Source: an uncultured Oscillospiraceae bacterium
GTDB lineage: Bacteria; Bacillota; Clostridia; Oscillospirales; Acutalibacteraceae
Length of the DNA stretch: 64,000 bases
Assembly (NCBI GenBank): GCA_902490735.1
Contig: CABUFC010000002.1
Location: 141,089 to 205,088, forward strand
Direction of reading: 5' to 3'
Shown here: in pieces, positions 1-9,274 of the stretch
Layout: the number at the start of each line of letters is the position of its first letter
How positions within the stretch are numbered: position 1 is the first letter of the stretch
Program-made: the position numbers and the translations under genes
Notes under the pieces: generated by a model
Database searches by the model: none
Told to the model about the DNA's origin: nothing
Seen by the model: the letters and a program-made list of their open reading frames with translations, nothing else

Positions 1-152
1 GAATTTGTTAAACTGTCAGAGCTTTTGCCGTAAGGTAGGTTTAAAGCTTTTACCGGATTTGCTACAGGACTGTAAAGATTAGTTATAAAAAGCGCCGCAA
101 TTAACAAAAATGATATAAAAATAGAGGCGGAAATTATTATTTTTCTACTCAT
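1..152 (-). CDS. hypothetical membrane-anchored protein, N-terminal part only (gene runs off the left edge)
   Basis: Reverse-strand ATG at 152 overlaps the stop of the upstream phosphatase gene by 4 nt (ATGA). Hand translation gives MSRKIIISASIFISFLLIAALFI..., a basic N-terminus followed by one hydrophobic helix. The frame stays open to position 1. Confidence 0.4.
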   Translation of the reverse strand, partial: MSRKIIISASIFISFLLIAALFITNLYSPVANPVKALNLPYGKSSDSLTN

Positions 153-613
153 TTATATTTATCCTTTAATATATAATCTATAAGACCATTGGTGCCTAAT
201 AATATTTCTTCTTTGGTTTTTTCAAAGTCATCCGTAAACCAGGGGTCGGCAATATCGGCGTTGCTGCCGCAAAAAGAAAGCAATTTAAAAATCTTTTTAT
301 CACTGTCACATGGCCAGGTTCGCATAACATCCCTGTAGTTTTGATCGTCCATAACTATTATGTAATCAAAATTTTTATAGTCAGAAAACTTGATTTTTTT
401 AGCGTGCTTTGCACTGCAGTCAATACCCATATTATCAAGGATTTTTTTGGTTTTAAAATGCACGGGATTTCCCACCTCTTCACTTGAAGTGGCGGCAGAT
501 TCGGCGCACATAAGGTTGTTAATTCCTCTTTTTTCGGTAAGATAATTAAAAATAAATTCTGCCATGGGGCTTCGGCAAATATTGCCGTAACACACAAATA
601 ATACTTTTACCAT
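149..613 (-). CDS. low-molecular-weight protein-tyrosine phosphatase
   Basis: 154 aa. N-terminal CX5R(S) P-loop VCYGNICRSPMAE and a C-terminal DPW Asp-loop, the hallmark of the LMW-PTP family. Confidence 0.85.
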   Translation of the reverse strand: MVKVLFVCYGNICRSPMAEFIFNYLTEKRGINNLMCAESAATSSEEVGNPVHFKTKKILDNMGIDCSAKHAKKIKFSDYKNFDYIIVMDDQNYRDVMRTWPCDSDKKIFKLLSFCGSNADIADPWFTDDFEKTKEEILLGTNGLIDYILKDKYK

Positions 614-619
614 AATAAA

Positions 620-653
620 TTAAAATTAAGCCCTAATATTTTATTATTAGGGC
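620..653 (-). terminator. rho-independent terminator after pckG
   Basis: Stem GCCCTAATA / TATTAGGGC (630-638 / 645-653) with a 6-nt loop, followed on the minus strand by a T-rich run (TTAATTTTA). Confidence 0.55.
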
Positions 654-660
654 CTATTAT

Positions 661-2448
661 TTACATTTTTTCTAAATTTTCTTTAAGAGTGTTCAGCTGT
701 TTTAGAAGCTCTTTTGGCAGTTTGTCGCCAAATTTTTTGTAGTGCTCTTCAATTTCGTCCGCTTCTTTAAGCCATATATCTTTATCGACCTTTAATATAT
801 CTTTAAGTGTATCAAGATCGATATCAAGACCTGTCAGATCAATGTCTTCAGGGTTCGGGACAAAACCAATCGCGGTTTCTTTTGCATCGGCTTTGCCTTC
901 ACAGCGATCAATTATCCAGTTTAAAACCCTTGCATTGTCACCAAATCCGGGCCAAATGAAGTTTCCTTCGTCGTCGGTTCTAAACCAGTTAACATTAAAG
1001 ATTTTCGGAGCTTTATCTCCTAGTTTTTTACCCATATCGAGCCAGTGTTTAAAGTAATCGCCCATGTTGTATCCGCAGAAGGGAAGCATTGCCATAGGAT
1101 CGCGCCTTACAACGCCGACAGCACCTGCAGCCGCGGCTGTCGTTTCAGATGCCATAGCAGAGCCTACGAACACGCCGTTTTCCCAGCTTTTGGATTGATA
1201 TACAAGCGGAGCGCATTTTGCGCGCCTGCCGCCGAAAACAATGGCGGATATACGAACACCGGTGCCTTTATTGAATTCATCTGATATGCAGGGACAATTT
1301 TCTGCAGGCGCAGTAAAGCGTGAATTCGGATGTGCGGCAGAAGTGCCAACCTTATCAGCCTTGTCGTATTTAGTATAATCCCATTTTTCGCCGCGCCAGT
1401 TAAGTGCGTTTTTAGGCGGATTTTTGTCAAGCCCTTCCCACCAAACCGTATTGTCGTCTAAATTAAGGGCTACGTTGGTAAATATGGTGTTTTTCTTTGT
1501 AGACTGGAGTGCGTTAAAGTTTGAATGCTCGTTTGTGCCGGGTGCTACACCGAAAAATCCGTTTTCAGGGTTAATGGCATATAAATATCCGTCTTCACCG
1601 ATTCTCATCCATGCAATATCGTCGCCTACAGTCCAAACCTTATAGCCCTTTTTGCGCAAATATTCCGGCGGGATAAGCATAGCGAGGTTGGTTTTGCCGC
1701 AAGCAGAGGGGAATGCGGCCGCGATGTATTTAATTTCGCCTTTAGGATTTTCAAGCCCTAAAATAAGCATGTGTTCGGCCATCCAGCCTTCTTTGTAACC
1801 TTGATAGGAGGCGATTCTAAGTGCAAAGCATTTTTTGCCAAGCAGTACATTGCCGCCGTATGCAGAGTTAACTGAAATAATAGTGTTATCTTCGGGAAAT
1901 TGACAAATATAACGCTTTTCGGGATCAATATCGCAGGAAGCGTGAAGTCCGCGCACCCAGTCGTTACTGTCGCCTAGAACATCCAATACTTTTGAACCAA
2001 CCCTTGTCATAATAACCATATTTAAAACAACATATTTAGAGTCAGTAACTTCTATTCCGATTTTTGCTAACGGAGAACCGATTGGTCCCATAGAATAGGG
2101 AATTATATACATTGTTCTGCCGGTGTAAGAGTTGCGTGCAATATCATACAACTTTTTGTACATTTCATCGGGATCACACCAGTGGTTAGTGGGGCCTGCA
2201 TCCTCTTCTTTTTTAGAACAGATAAAGGTGCGGTTTTCAACACGCGCTACGTCGTTTGGCTTTGTTCTGTGTAAATAGCATCCCGGAAGCTTTTCTTCGT
2301 TAAGCTTGTGCATTTCACCGGTCTTTACAGCCTCTTCTCTAATTTTTTCAAGCTGGATTTCGCTTCCGTCAATCCATTCAACCTTATCCGGATTTAACAG
2401 AGCTTTCATTTCGTCGATCCATTTTAAAACTGATTTATTATTGGTCAT
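661..2448 (-). CDS. pckG: phosphoenolpyruvate carboxykinase (GTP)
   Basis: 595 aa. GTP-PEPCK family motifs FPSACGKTN (kinase-1a P-loop) and GDDIAWM; full-length alignment-like similarity to GTP-dependent PEPCKs. Confidence 0.95.
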   Translation of the reverse strand: MTNNKSVLKWIDEMKALLNPDKVEWIDGSEIQLEKIREEAVKTGEMHKLNEEKLPGCYLHRTKPNDVARVENRTFICSKKEEDAGPTNHWCDPDEMYKKLYDIARNSYTGRTMYIIPYSMGPIGSPLAKIGIEVTDSKYVVLNMVIMTRVGSKVLDVLGDSNDWVRGLHASCDIDPEKRYICQFPEDNTIISVNSAYGGNVLLGKKCFALRIASYQGYKEGWMAEHMLILGLENPKGEIKYIAAAFPSACGKTNLAMLIPPEYLRKKGYKVWTVGDDIAWMRIGEDGYLYAINPENGFFGVAPGTNEHSNFNALQSTKKNTIFTNVALNLDDNTVWWEGLDKNPPKNALNWRGEKWDYTKYDKADKVGTSAAHPNSRFTAPAENCPCISDEFNKGTGVRISAIVFGGRRAKCAPLVYQSKSWENGVFVGSAMASETTAAAAGAVGVVRRDPMAMLPFCGYNMGDYFKHWLDMGKKLGDKAPKIFNVNWFRTDDEGNFIWPGFGDNARVLNWIIDRCEGKADAKETAIGFVPNPEDIDLTGLDIDLDTLKDILKVDKDIWLKEADEIEEHYKKFGDKLPKELLKQLNTLKENLEKM

Positions 2449-2579
2449 GTTAATTCTCCTTTCAAAAAGTCCAACTTCTCACAAATACAGTATATCACAA
2501 ATTGTATGTCTTTTCAATTGTCAAAAAATGAAAAAATAATGAATTTTCTTGAATTATTATGTGTATAGTGTTATTCTAT

Positions 2580-2598
2580 TATTAGTATATTACTAATA
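2580..2598. promoter_or_regulatory. 19-bp palindrome (candidate operator) immediately upstream of the DRTGG gene RBS
   Basis: TATTAGTATATTACTAATA is a perfect inverted repeat around a central base. It ends 3 nt before the GAGGTG Shine-Dalgarno of the 2612 start. Confidence 0.3.
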
Positions 2599-2611
2599 TT
2601 TGAGGTGCGAT

Positions 2612-2965
2612 ATGACCATTTTAGATGTAAAAAATATCTTGAACGCTAAGGTTTTATGCTTAGAAGAAAACCTGAATAACGAAGTACATACAGCTTGCGG
2701 ATCTGATATGATGAGCGATGTTTTGGCGTTTGTAAAAGATCAATCGGTTTTAATTACAGGGCTTTGCAATCCGCAGACTGTACGAACTGCAGAGATGATG
2801 GATATAGTCTGCATATGCTTTGTAAGGGGCAAAACTCCAAACGAAGAAATAATAGAACTGGCAAAAGAACGCAATATCGTTTTAATGGCAACAGACGAGC
2901 GCATGTTTACCGCTTGCGGCAAGCTTTATGAAAAAGGCTTAAGCGGAGGTACTGCGCAACTATGA
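2612..2965 (+). CDS. DRTGG domain-containing protein
   Basis: ~117 aa from the ATG at 2612 (GAGGTG RBS 4 nt upstream; the track start at 2600 sits in front of the RBS). Sequence SDMMSDVLAF...VLITGL...VRTAEM...RGK matches the DRTGG small-domain family that accompanies hydrogenase-like regulators in Clostridia. Confidence 0.75.
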   Translation: MTILDVKNILNAKVLCLEENLNNEVHTACGSDMMSDVLAFVKDQSVLITGLCNPQTVRTAEMMDIVCICFVRGKTPNEEIIELAKERNIVLMATDERMFTACGKLYEKGLSGGTAQL

Positions 2966-3384
2966 TACTTAGTTTACATCATGAAGTTTCTGCGGACGAT
3001 TTTACAAGAGCCGGCGAAGCGTCCGGTCAGGTAAAAAGAAAACTTAAGCAGTTAGGGATAGACCCCGAGATTGTAAGGCGCGTATCTATTGCACTGTATG
3101 AAGGTGAAATTAATATGGTAATTCATGCGGGCGGAGGAGAAATAGATACATACGTTGACGAAAACTGTATTACTATGGTATTAAAAGACCATGGCCCCGG
3201 AATTGTTAACGTAGATAAAGCTATGGAAGCGGGTTTTTCTACAGCTACTGAAAATATTCGCTCTCTTGGTTTTGGAGCCGGCATGGGACTTCCCAATATG
3301 AAAAAATACAGCGATGAAATGCATATTGAAACCAAGTTAAACGAAGGTACTACTATCACAATGAAAATACATTTTGATAAGTAA
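2962..3384 (+). CDS. RsbW/SpoIIAB-like ATP-binding protein (anti-sigma-type Ser/Thr kinase, HATPase_c fold)
   Basis: 140 aa. G1 box DHGPGI and G2 box GFGAGMGLPN of the GHKL ATPase fold. The start overlaps the upstream stop (ATGA). Confidence 0.7.
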   Translation: MILSLHHEVSADDFTRAGEASGQVKRKLKQLGIDPEIVRRVSIALYEGEINMVIHAGGGEIDTYVDENCITMVLKDHGPGIVNVDKAMEAGFSTATENIRSLGFGAGMGLPNMKKYSDEMHIETKLNEGTTITMKIHFDK

Positions 3385-3396
3385 AGGAGTAAAGGT

Positions 3397-4671
3397 ATGG
3401 CCGATTTTTCAACTTCGGTATCCTTAAAAACAGAGCTTTGCATGGGTTGTACCACCTGCTTAAAAAGGTGCCCAACCGGCGCTATTAGGGTTCGCCAGGG
3501 CAAAGCGTCAATAATAAAAGAATTTTGTATAGATTGCGGCGAATGCATAAGGGTTTGTCCGCATCATGCAAAGATTGCTATATATGACAAACTGGAAGTA
3601 CTGAACAATTATAAATATACCGTTGCACTTCCGGCACCTTCATTTTATGCACAGTTTAATAATTTAGAAGATACGAATATTGTTTTAGACGCGCTATTAA
3701 AAATGGGATTTGACGATGTTTTTGAAGTGGCTGCAGGTGCTGAACTTGTAAGCGAATTAAGTCGCAGATATTTAGAAGCGCACCCCGAAGGAAAACCCTT
3801 TATATCAACAGCCTGTCCTACTATTGTAAGGCTTATTAGAGTGCGCTTTCCTGAGCTTATCGACCATTTGCTGCCGATAAATGCACCGATAGATTTTGCC
3901 GCGGAAATAGCCGCTAAACGTGCCATAGAAAAAACAGGCCTTAAAAGAAAGGATATCGGTATAATTTTTATTACGCCTTGTCCTGCTAAGGTTACGGCAA
4001 TTAGAAATCCACTGTGGCAAGATAAAAGTGAGATAGACGCCACTGTTGCCGTAAAAGATGTTTATCCGAAAATTCTTCCTTTTATGAAAAAAGCGGCGGA
4101 AGAAGGCGCCGAGGATATTTCGCTGGCTGGAAAAATCGGAGTTAGCTGGGGGTCTGCCGGCGGCGAAGTAAGCGGACTTTTAATTGACAATTACATTGTT
4201 GTCGACGGCATTGATAACTGCATAAAAGTGTTGGAAGACCTTGAAGACAGTAAGATTTCAAATATAGACTTTTTGGAACTCGATGCTTGCTCCGGCGGAT
4301 GCGTCGGCGGGGTTTTACAGGTTGAAAACCCGTTTTTGGCAAAGACAAAGCTTAAAATTTTAAGAAAGTACATGCCGATAGCGTCTATTCACTTGTCTGA
4401 TTACGAGCCGAAAAATAAATACTGGGATAAAACTATTGAGTACGAGCCGGTGTTTAGACTTGGCTCAAGCGTTAAAGAAAGCATGATGCTTTTGCGTGAA
4501 GCGGACGATATAGAAAAAAGGCTTCCGGGGCTCGATTGCGGTTCGTGCGGAGCGCCCACATGCAGAGCCCTTGCCGAGGACATTGTAAAGGGCCTTGCAA
4601 AAGAGACTGACTGCGTGCCGTTGTTAAAAAAATATTTACATAAAATATCCGAAGATATGAGTAAGCTGTAA
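3397..4671 (+). CDS. [FeFe]-hydrogenase-like protein with 2x[4Fe-4S] ferredoxin N-terminus and a C-terminal CxxCx4C Fe-S domain (putative regulatory type)
   Basis: 424 aa. Two CxxCxxCxxxCP ferredoxin motifs. H-cluster-like motifs STACP (L1, first Cys replaced by Ala), TPCPAK (L2) and ELDACSGGCVGG (L3). C-terminal LDCGSCGAPTCRALAEDI is the same motif type as the RnfB N-terminus in this window. Confidence 0.8.
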   Translation: MADFSTSVSLKTELCMGCTTCLKRCPTGAIRVRQGKASIIKEFCIDCGECIRVCPHHAKIAIYDKLEVLNNYKYTVALPAPSFYAQFNNLEDTNIVLDALLKMGFDDVFEVAAGAELVSELSRRYLEAHPEGKPFISTACPTIVRLIRVRFPELIDHLLPINAPIDFAAEIAAKRAIEKTGLKRKDIGIIFITPCPAKVTAIRNPLWQDKSEIDATVAVKDVYPKILPFMKKAAEEGAEDISLAGKIGVSWGSAGGEVSGLLIDNYIVVDGIDNCIKVLEDLEDSKISNIDFLELDACSGGCVGGVLQVENPFLAKTKLKILRKYMPIASIHLSDYEPKNKYWDKTIEYEPVFRLGSSVKESMMLLREADDIEKRLPGLDCGSCGAPTCRALAEDIVKGLAKETDCVPLLKKYLHKISEDMSKL

Positions 4672-4675
4672 AAAA

Positions 4676-4709
4676 CACCGTTGAGTTTAAGCTCAACGGT
4701 GATTTTTTA
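4676..4709. terminator. bidirectional rho-independent terminator between convergent genes
   Basis: Stem CACCGTTGAG / CTCAACGGTG (4676-4685 / 4692-4701), flanked by an A-run upstream and a T-run downstream. Confidence 0.75.
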
Positions 4710-5699
4710 TTTTATCCATGTAGTTTCGGTTTCGTCGCAAACAGGTCTTGTCATCAAGTGCTTTACAGCATCTTTAACAGGCATTCCTTCATACATTACC
4801 TTGCAGCATTCTGCGGTTATCGGCATTGTAACATTGTATTTTTTTGCAAGCTTCATAGTAAGCGCCGCGGCGTGATATCCTTCAACAGTACCCACGGTTT
4901 TTAGCGCTTCGTTTACATCCATGCCTTTAGCCACAAGCTCGCCAAATCGGTGATTTCTACTGTGCTTTGATGTGCAGGTAACTATTAAATCTCCAAGCCC
5001 CGAAAGCCCTGCAAACGTTTTTTCATCGGCGCCCATAGCAGTACCAAGTCGGGCTATTTCAACTAAACCTCTGGTTATAAGTGCGGCACGGGTGTTATCA
5101 CCAAGCTGTAAGCCGTCACAAAATCCGCCTGCTACCGCAATAACGTTTTTTAAAGCTCCGCCAAGCTCAACGCCGCACTTGTCATTAGTGCTGTAAATTC
5201 TAAGTGTTTGGCAGGAAAAAGTCTTAATAACAGTATGAACATCGTCGTAATTATTGCCTGCCGCTACAAGGCTTGTAGGCACTTTGCGCGCCACTTCTTC
5301 GGCGTGGGACGGACCTGATAATACAATTACCGGAAGCGTCGTTTCTTCTTCTATTGTTACCGACAACCGCTTTAAACTTTCTTTTTCAAACCCTTTAGCT
5401 ACGTTTACTATTATTCCGTTTTTCTTATTTTTTAATAGCTTTGCAGTCTCTCTTACGGCAAAGCTCGGTACAGCCATAACTGCAATATCACAGGTAAGAA
5501 TGCTTGAAGTGTCCGTAGTAATGGCTATTTCTTTTGGAATGGTTATCCCGGGCAACAATTTGCTTTCGCGAGCGGCGTTAAGACTATTTGCCTCTTCTGA
5601 AAACTTTGTCCACAAAGTTACATTGTGACCGTTTTCAAATAATGTTAAACCTAATGCAATGCCCCAGCCGCCGCTGCCGAGTACTGTAATATCAGCCAT
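4707..5699 (-). CDS. gpsA: NAD(P)H-dependent glycerol-3-phosphate dehydrogenase
   Basis: 330 aa. N-terminal GSGGWG Rossmann motif and conserved GLSGLGDLIVTC block; sits next to plsY. Confidence 0.95.
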   Translation of the reverse strand: MADITVLGSGGWGIALGLTLFENGHNVTLWTKFSEEANSLNAARESKLLPGITIPKEIAITTDTSSILTCDIAVMAVPSFAVRETAKLLKNKKNGIIVNVAKGFEKESLKRLSVTIEEETTLPVIVLSGPSHAEEVARKVPTSLVAAGNNYDDVHTVIKTFSCQTLRIYSTNDKCGVELGGALKNVIAVAGGFCDGLQLGDNTRAALITRGLVEIARLGTAMGADEKTFAGLSGLGDLIVTCTSKHSRNHRFGELVAKGMDVNEALKTVGTVEGYHAAALTMKLAKKYNVTMPITAECCKVMYEGMPVKDAVKHLMTRPVCDETETTWIK

Positions 5700-6381
5700 G
5701 GTTTTTTCTCCTTAAAGTTAACTTTTTTTCGGTGCCGTTTAGTATTCTTTTAATATTATCTCTATGCATACAAATAACTATTATTGCCATTATTAAAGTT
5801 AAAATAAAAATTTGCAGCCGCCCGCAAGATGAATCTCCTAAAGCAAACTGATATCCGTCTTTAAAGCTGAACAAAAACGCGGTTACTGGTACAGATACCG
5901 ACGCCATTATAGACCCGATTGAAACAATTCTTGTGCATAAAAAGCAAATAATAAATACTGCTAAAGCGATAAGTCCCGTCGGCCAAACCGAGGCTATTAG
6001 AACACCTAACGAAACAGCCACGGCTTTTCCGCCTTTAAAACCGAAGAATACGGGGAAAATATGACCTATCATACAAAAAATTCCGCAATAATAGCAGCCG
6101 TATCTTGGAAACAACAAATCTATCGGTGCAATTTTAAAACAGTACGCAAAAATATAAAAACCTATCGTGCTTGCAATAAAGCCCTTAAGGACATCGCATA
6201 AAAAAGTGAGTGTTCCGGGCACGGCACCGGATACTCGCATAACATTGGTCATGCCGGCGTTTCCGCTGCCGTAATTTCTAACGTCCTTTTTTGTAAATAT
6301 TTTAGAAAAAATAACGGCAAAACTGATGCTTCCTAATAAATATGAAATTATTAATGATAAAACAATTAAAAAAACTACCAT
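5692..6381 (-). CDS. plsY: glycerol-3-phosphate acyltransferase (acyl-phosphate dependent)
   Basis: 229 aa polytopic membrane protein with the PlsY signature GSGNAGMTN. Overlaps the gpsA start by 8 nt. Confidence 0.93.
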   Translation of the reverse strand: MVVFLIVLSLIISYLLGSISFAVIFSKIFTKKDVRNYGSGNAGMTNVMRVSGAVPGTLTFLCDVLKGFIASTIGFYIFAYCFKIAPIDLLFPRYGCYYCGIFCMIGHIFPVFFGFKGGKAVAVSLGVLIASVWPTGLIALAVFIICFLCTRIVSIGSIMASVSVPVTAFLFSFKDGYQFALGDSSCGRLQIFILTLIMAIIVICMHRDNIKRILNGTEKKLTLRRKNHG

Positions 6382-6399
6382 TTATATTACTCGCTTATA

Positions 6400-7725
6400 T
6401 TATTTGTTGCTTTGTCTTTCCCTTATAATAAATTTTATGGGAGTTCCTTCCATGCCGAAGGTTGAACGTATTTGATTTTCGATATATCTTTGGTAAGAAA
6501 AATGAAAAAGCTCTTCCTTGTTGCAAAAAATTACAAATGTTGGCGGTTTTACTGATATTTGAGTCATATAATAAATTTTAAGCCTTTTTCCGCGGTCGCT
6601 CGGTGGCTGCACACGGGCAATGGCATCCGCCAAAAGATCGTTAAGCATACCGGTGGATATTCGAAGCGTGCTCTGAGAATATACAAAATCAATAAGCGAA
6701 AAAAGCCGGTCAATGCGCTGGCCTGTTTTTGCAGACAAAAATATTATCGGCGCATAGCTCATAAAGGAAAAATCCTGCATGAGTTTTTTCCTGTATTTAT
6801 CCATGGTGCCGCCGTCTTTTTCAACAATATCCCACTTATTAACCGCAATAATGCAGGCTTTGCCGGCATCAAGAGCCTTAGATGCCACCTTGCTGTCTTG
6901 CTCGGTAAAGCCTTCGGTACCGTCTATTAAAATTACGCAAACATCTGCTCTGTCGACTGCAAGGTCAACGCGAATGTTGCTGTATTTTTCAATTTTTTCT
7001 TCAACCTTGCTTTTACGGCGCAGCCCCGCGGTATCAATAAAAGTGTAATGCTTGCCGTTATTCTCTACGTTTATATCAATTGAATCCCTTGTAGTTCCTG
7101 CTATGTCACTTACAATTGCTCGTTCTTTGCCTGCAATTTTATTTAAAAGCGAGCTTTTTCCGGCGTTGGGTTTGCCGATAATTGCTACCGTTATGCGGTC
7201 GTCCTCGCTTAATGAGGAGTCGTCAAATTGTATATATTCGCAAATTTTTTCAAGTAAATCGCCCGTGCCGTGCCCGTGAACCGAAGACACGGCTATGGGG
7301 TCGCCAAGTCCTAAATTGTAAAATTCGTAAAAACCGGGATCGGTTTCGCCTATAGAATCGCATTTGTTTACTGCAAGAATTACCGGTTTCCCGCTTTTTT
7401 TAAGCATTTCGGCAATTTCAAAATCGGTAGCAACAGGACCTGTTTTAAGGTCTGTTAAAAACACAATAACATCGGCGGTATCAATTGCTAAAAATGCCTG
7501 ATCGCGCATTTTTTTAAGCATAATATCGCCCATATCTTCTTCAATACCGCCGGTGTCAATTAAAAGCATTTTATGGTTTTGCCATTCAGCTTCGCCTTCA
7601 ACGCGATCCCTTGTTACACCCGGAGTATCGTCCACAATGGATAATCTTTTATCTATTAATTTGTTAAATAAAGTGGATTTACCTACATTTGGCCGTCCTA
7701 CTATTGCTATAACAGGTTTTGCCAT
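6400..7725 (-). CDS. der: ribosome-associated GTPase Der (EngA)
   Basis: 441 aa with two tandem GTPase domains (P-loops GRPNVGKST and GKPNAGKSS) and a KH-like C-terminus. Confidence 0.95.
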   Translation of the reverse strand: MAKPVIAIVGRPNVGKSTLFNKLIDKRLSIVDDTPGVTRDRVEGEAEWQNHKMLLIDTGGIEEDMGDIMLKKMRDQAFLAIDTADVIVFLTDLKTGPVATDFEIAEMLKKSGKPVILAVNKCDSIGETDPGFYEFYNLGLGDPIAVSSVHGHGTGDLLEKICEYIQFDDSSLSEDDRITVAIIGKPNAGKSSLLNKIAGKERAIVSDIAGTTRDSIDINVENNGKHYTFIDTAGLRRKSKVEEKIEKYSNIRVDLAVDRADVCVILIDGTEGFTEQDSKVASKALDAGKACIIAVNKWDIVEKDGGTMDKYRKKLMQDFSFMSYAPIIFLSAKTGQRIDRLFSLIDFVYSQSTLRISTGMLNDLLADAIARVQPPSDRGKRLKIYYMTQISVKPPTFVIFCNKEELFHFSYQRYIENQIRSTFGMEGTPIKFIIRERQSNK

Positions 7726-7733
7726 AATTTCTC

Positions 7734-8996
7734 CTATCTTAAAAGTGCCTCAATAAAAGCATATCCGTCCAAATTAATAAATTCGGTTTTAATATTAAGC
7801 TTCTTTTCAAGTTGTTCTACAGATACATCGTCTAAAAACACGTCGTTAAGAGCGCTTAACATACTGCTTGGAAGTAAAACAAGATCTCCAAGATGCTTAT
7901 TGCTTGTTTGATTAATAATGTCGGTTCCGGTAATAAGACCTGATACCGTAATATTTTTACCGAAAAATTCGTTTTCTATTGCTATTACCTTACACTTTAA
8001 ATTATGCCATTTTGATCTTGCTTTGTCAACAATATTAATAATAAGTTCTTCGGCAAGTTTTCCGGTTATTACCGTTTTTTCGAGCGTTGGGCTAAAATTT
8101 CCGGTTTCTATCGCATCGTATGCTTCGCTTTTAAATAAAGAATACATCCCAACGCCGTTTTCAAGCTGTAAAAAATCCCCGTAAAAATCAGGTTCTTTAA
8201 TAGGAAGCCCTGCCTTTAAATAGAATTCGTCTGCGGCAAAAGCTCTTTTAGAGTCGCCGCTTTTTTCCTCAATAAGTTCTACCACGCTTCTTGCTTCGCC
8301 TTTTGTAAACGGCATTAACGGGTACAGCCCTTCGCGGTATTTTGTAAGCCCGACCGGAACTGCGGCAATGCACTGAACGTTTTCAAGCGACAACAGTTCA
8401 TTAAGACTTCTCTCAAGCTCGGCACCGTCATTAATACCGGGCATAAGTACGAGCTGGCAGTTTATTTTTATGCCTGCATCATTAAATTTGTAAAGGTATT
8501 TTAACGATTCACCCGCAAAACGGTTATTCATGATTTTGCACCGAAGCTGCGGGTTTACCGTGTGCACTGAAATATTTATTGGACTTATATGCATTTTAAT
8601 AATTCGGTCAACCTCATGCTCGGTTATATTTGTAAGTGTTATATAATTGCCGAATAAAAATGACAGTCTTGAGTCATCATCCTTAAAATATAAGCTTTCG
8701 CGAAGCCCCTTTGGCAGCTGGTCTATAAAGCAAAAAATGCATTTGTTTTTGCAGGAATGCTGCTTGTCCATTAAATAGGTTGAAAAAAGCAGACCGGTTT
8801 CTGCGTACTCGGGCTTTTTAAGTTTTATTGTTTTGCCGTTATTTAGCTCGATATTAAGCGTCGTGTCCATGGAATAAAACCGAAAATCAAGCACGTCGAC
8901 AATTTCGTGCGAGTTAATTTTTGTTATGATATCGCCTTTTTTTATTCCGCTCTTTGCGGCATAAGAACCGGGTTCAACATCAAAAACCGTTACCAC
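7734..8996 (-). CDS. DUF512 domain protein (PDZ + radical-SAM-like core)
   Basis: 420 aa. N-terminal PDZ-like segment (GIKKGDIITKING-type), the Cys cluster CKNKCIFCF, and the typical position directly upstream of der in Clostridia. Confidence 0.8.
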   Translation of the reverse strand: MVTVFDVEPGSYAAKSGIKKGDIITKINSHEIVDVLDFRFYSMDTTLNIELNNGKTIKLKKPEYAETGLLFSTYLMDKQHSCKNKCIFCFIDQLPKGLRESLYFKDDDSRLSFLFGNYITLTNITEHEVDRIIKMHISPINISVHTVNPQLRCKIMNNRFAGESLKYLYKFNDAGIKINCQLVLMPGINDGAELERSLNELLSLENVQCIAAVPVGLTKYREGLYPLMPFTKGEARSVVELIEEKSGDSKRAFAADEFYLKAGLPIKEPDFYGDFLQLENGVGMYSLFKSEAYDAIETGNFSPTLEKTVITGKLAEELIINIVDKARSKWHNLKCKVIAIENEFFGKNITVSGLITGTDIINQTSNKHLGDLVLLPSSMLSALNDVFLDDVSVEQLEKKLNIKTEFINLDGYAFIEALLR

Positions 8997-9010
8997 TTTT
9001 TCACCGCCTT

Positions 9011-9048
9011 ATAAAAAAATAAAGAGAGTGCTTTTTTACACCCTCTTT
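9011..9048 (-). terminator. rho-independent terminator after rpmF
   Basis: Stem AAAGAGAGTG / CACCCTCTTT (one mismatch) followed by ATTTTTTTAT on the minus strand. Confidence 0.55.
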
Positions 9049-9073
9049 TTAATACTGTTCAAAGGGCCGCCTT

Positions 9074-9256
9074 TTAGGACTCCACTTTGACAACCTCACG
9101 ACCATTATAATATCCGCAAGCGGGGCATAATCTGTGAGGTCTTTTATATTCGCCGCAACGTGAGCATTTTACAAGTTCAGGAGCGCTGATTTTCCATACG
9201 TTGGAACGTCTTTTATCACGACGGGCTTTGGATACTTTTCTCTTTGGTACTGCCAT
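9074..9256 (-). CDS. rpmF: 50S ribosomal protein L32
   Basis: MAVPKRKVSKARRDKRR... with the CxxC...CxxC zinc ribbon. AGGAGGTG RBS 6 nt upstream of the ATG at 9256; the track start at 9265 lies inside the RBS. Confidence 0.95.
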   Translation of the reverse strand: MAVPKRKVSKARRDKRRSNVWKISAPELVKCSRCGEYKRPHRLCPACGYYNGREVVKVES

Positions 9257-9274
9257 TTTTGGCACCTCCTAAAA

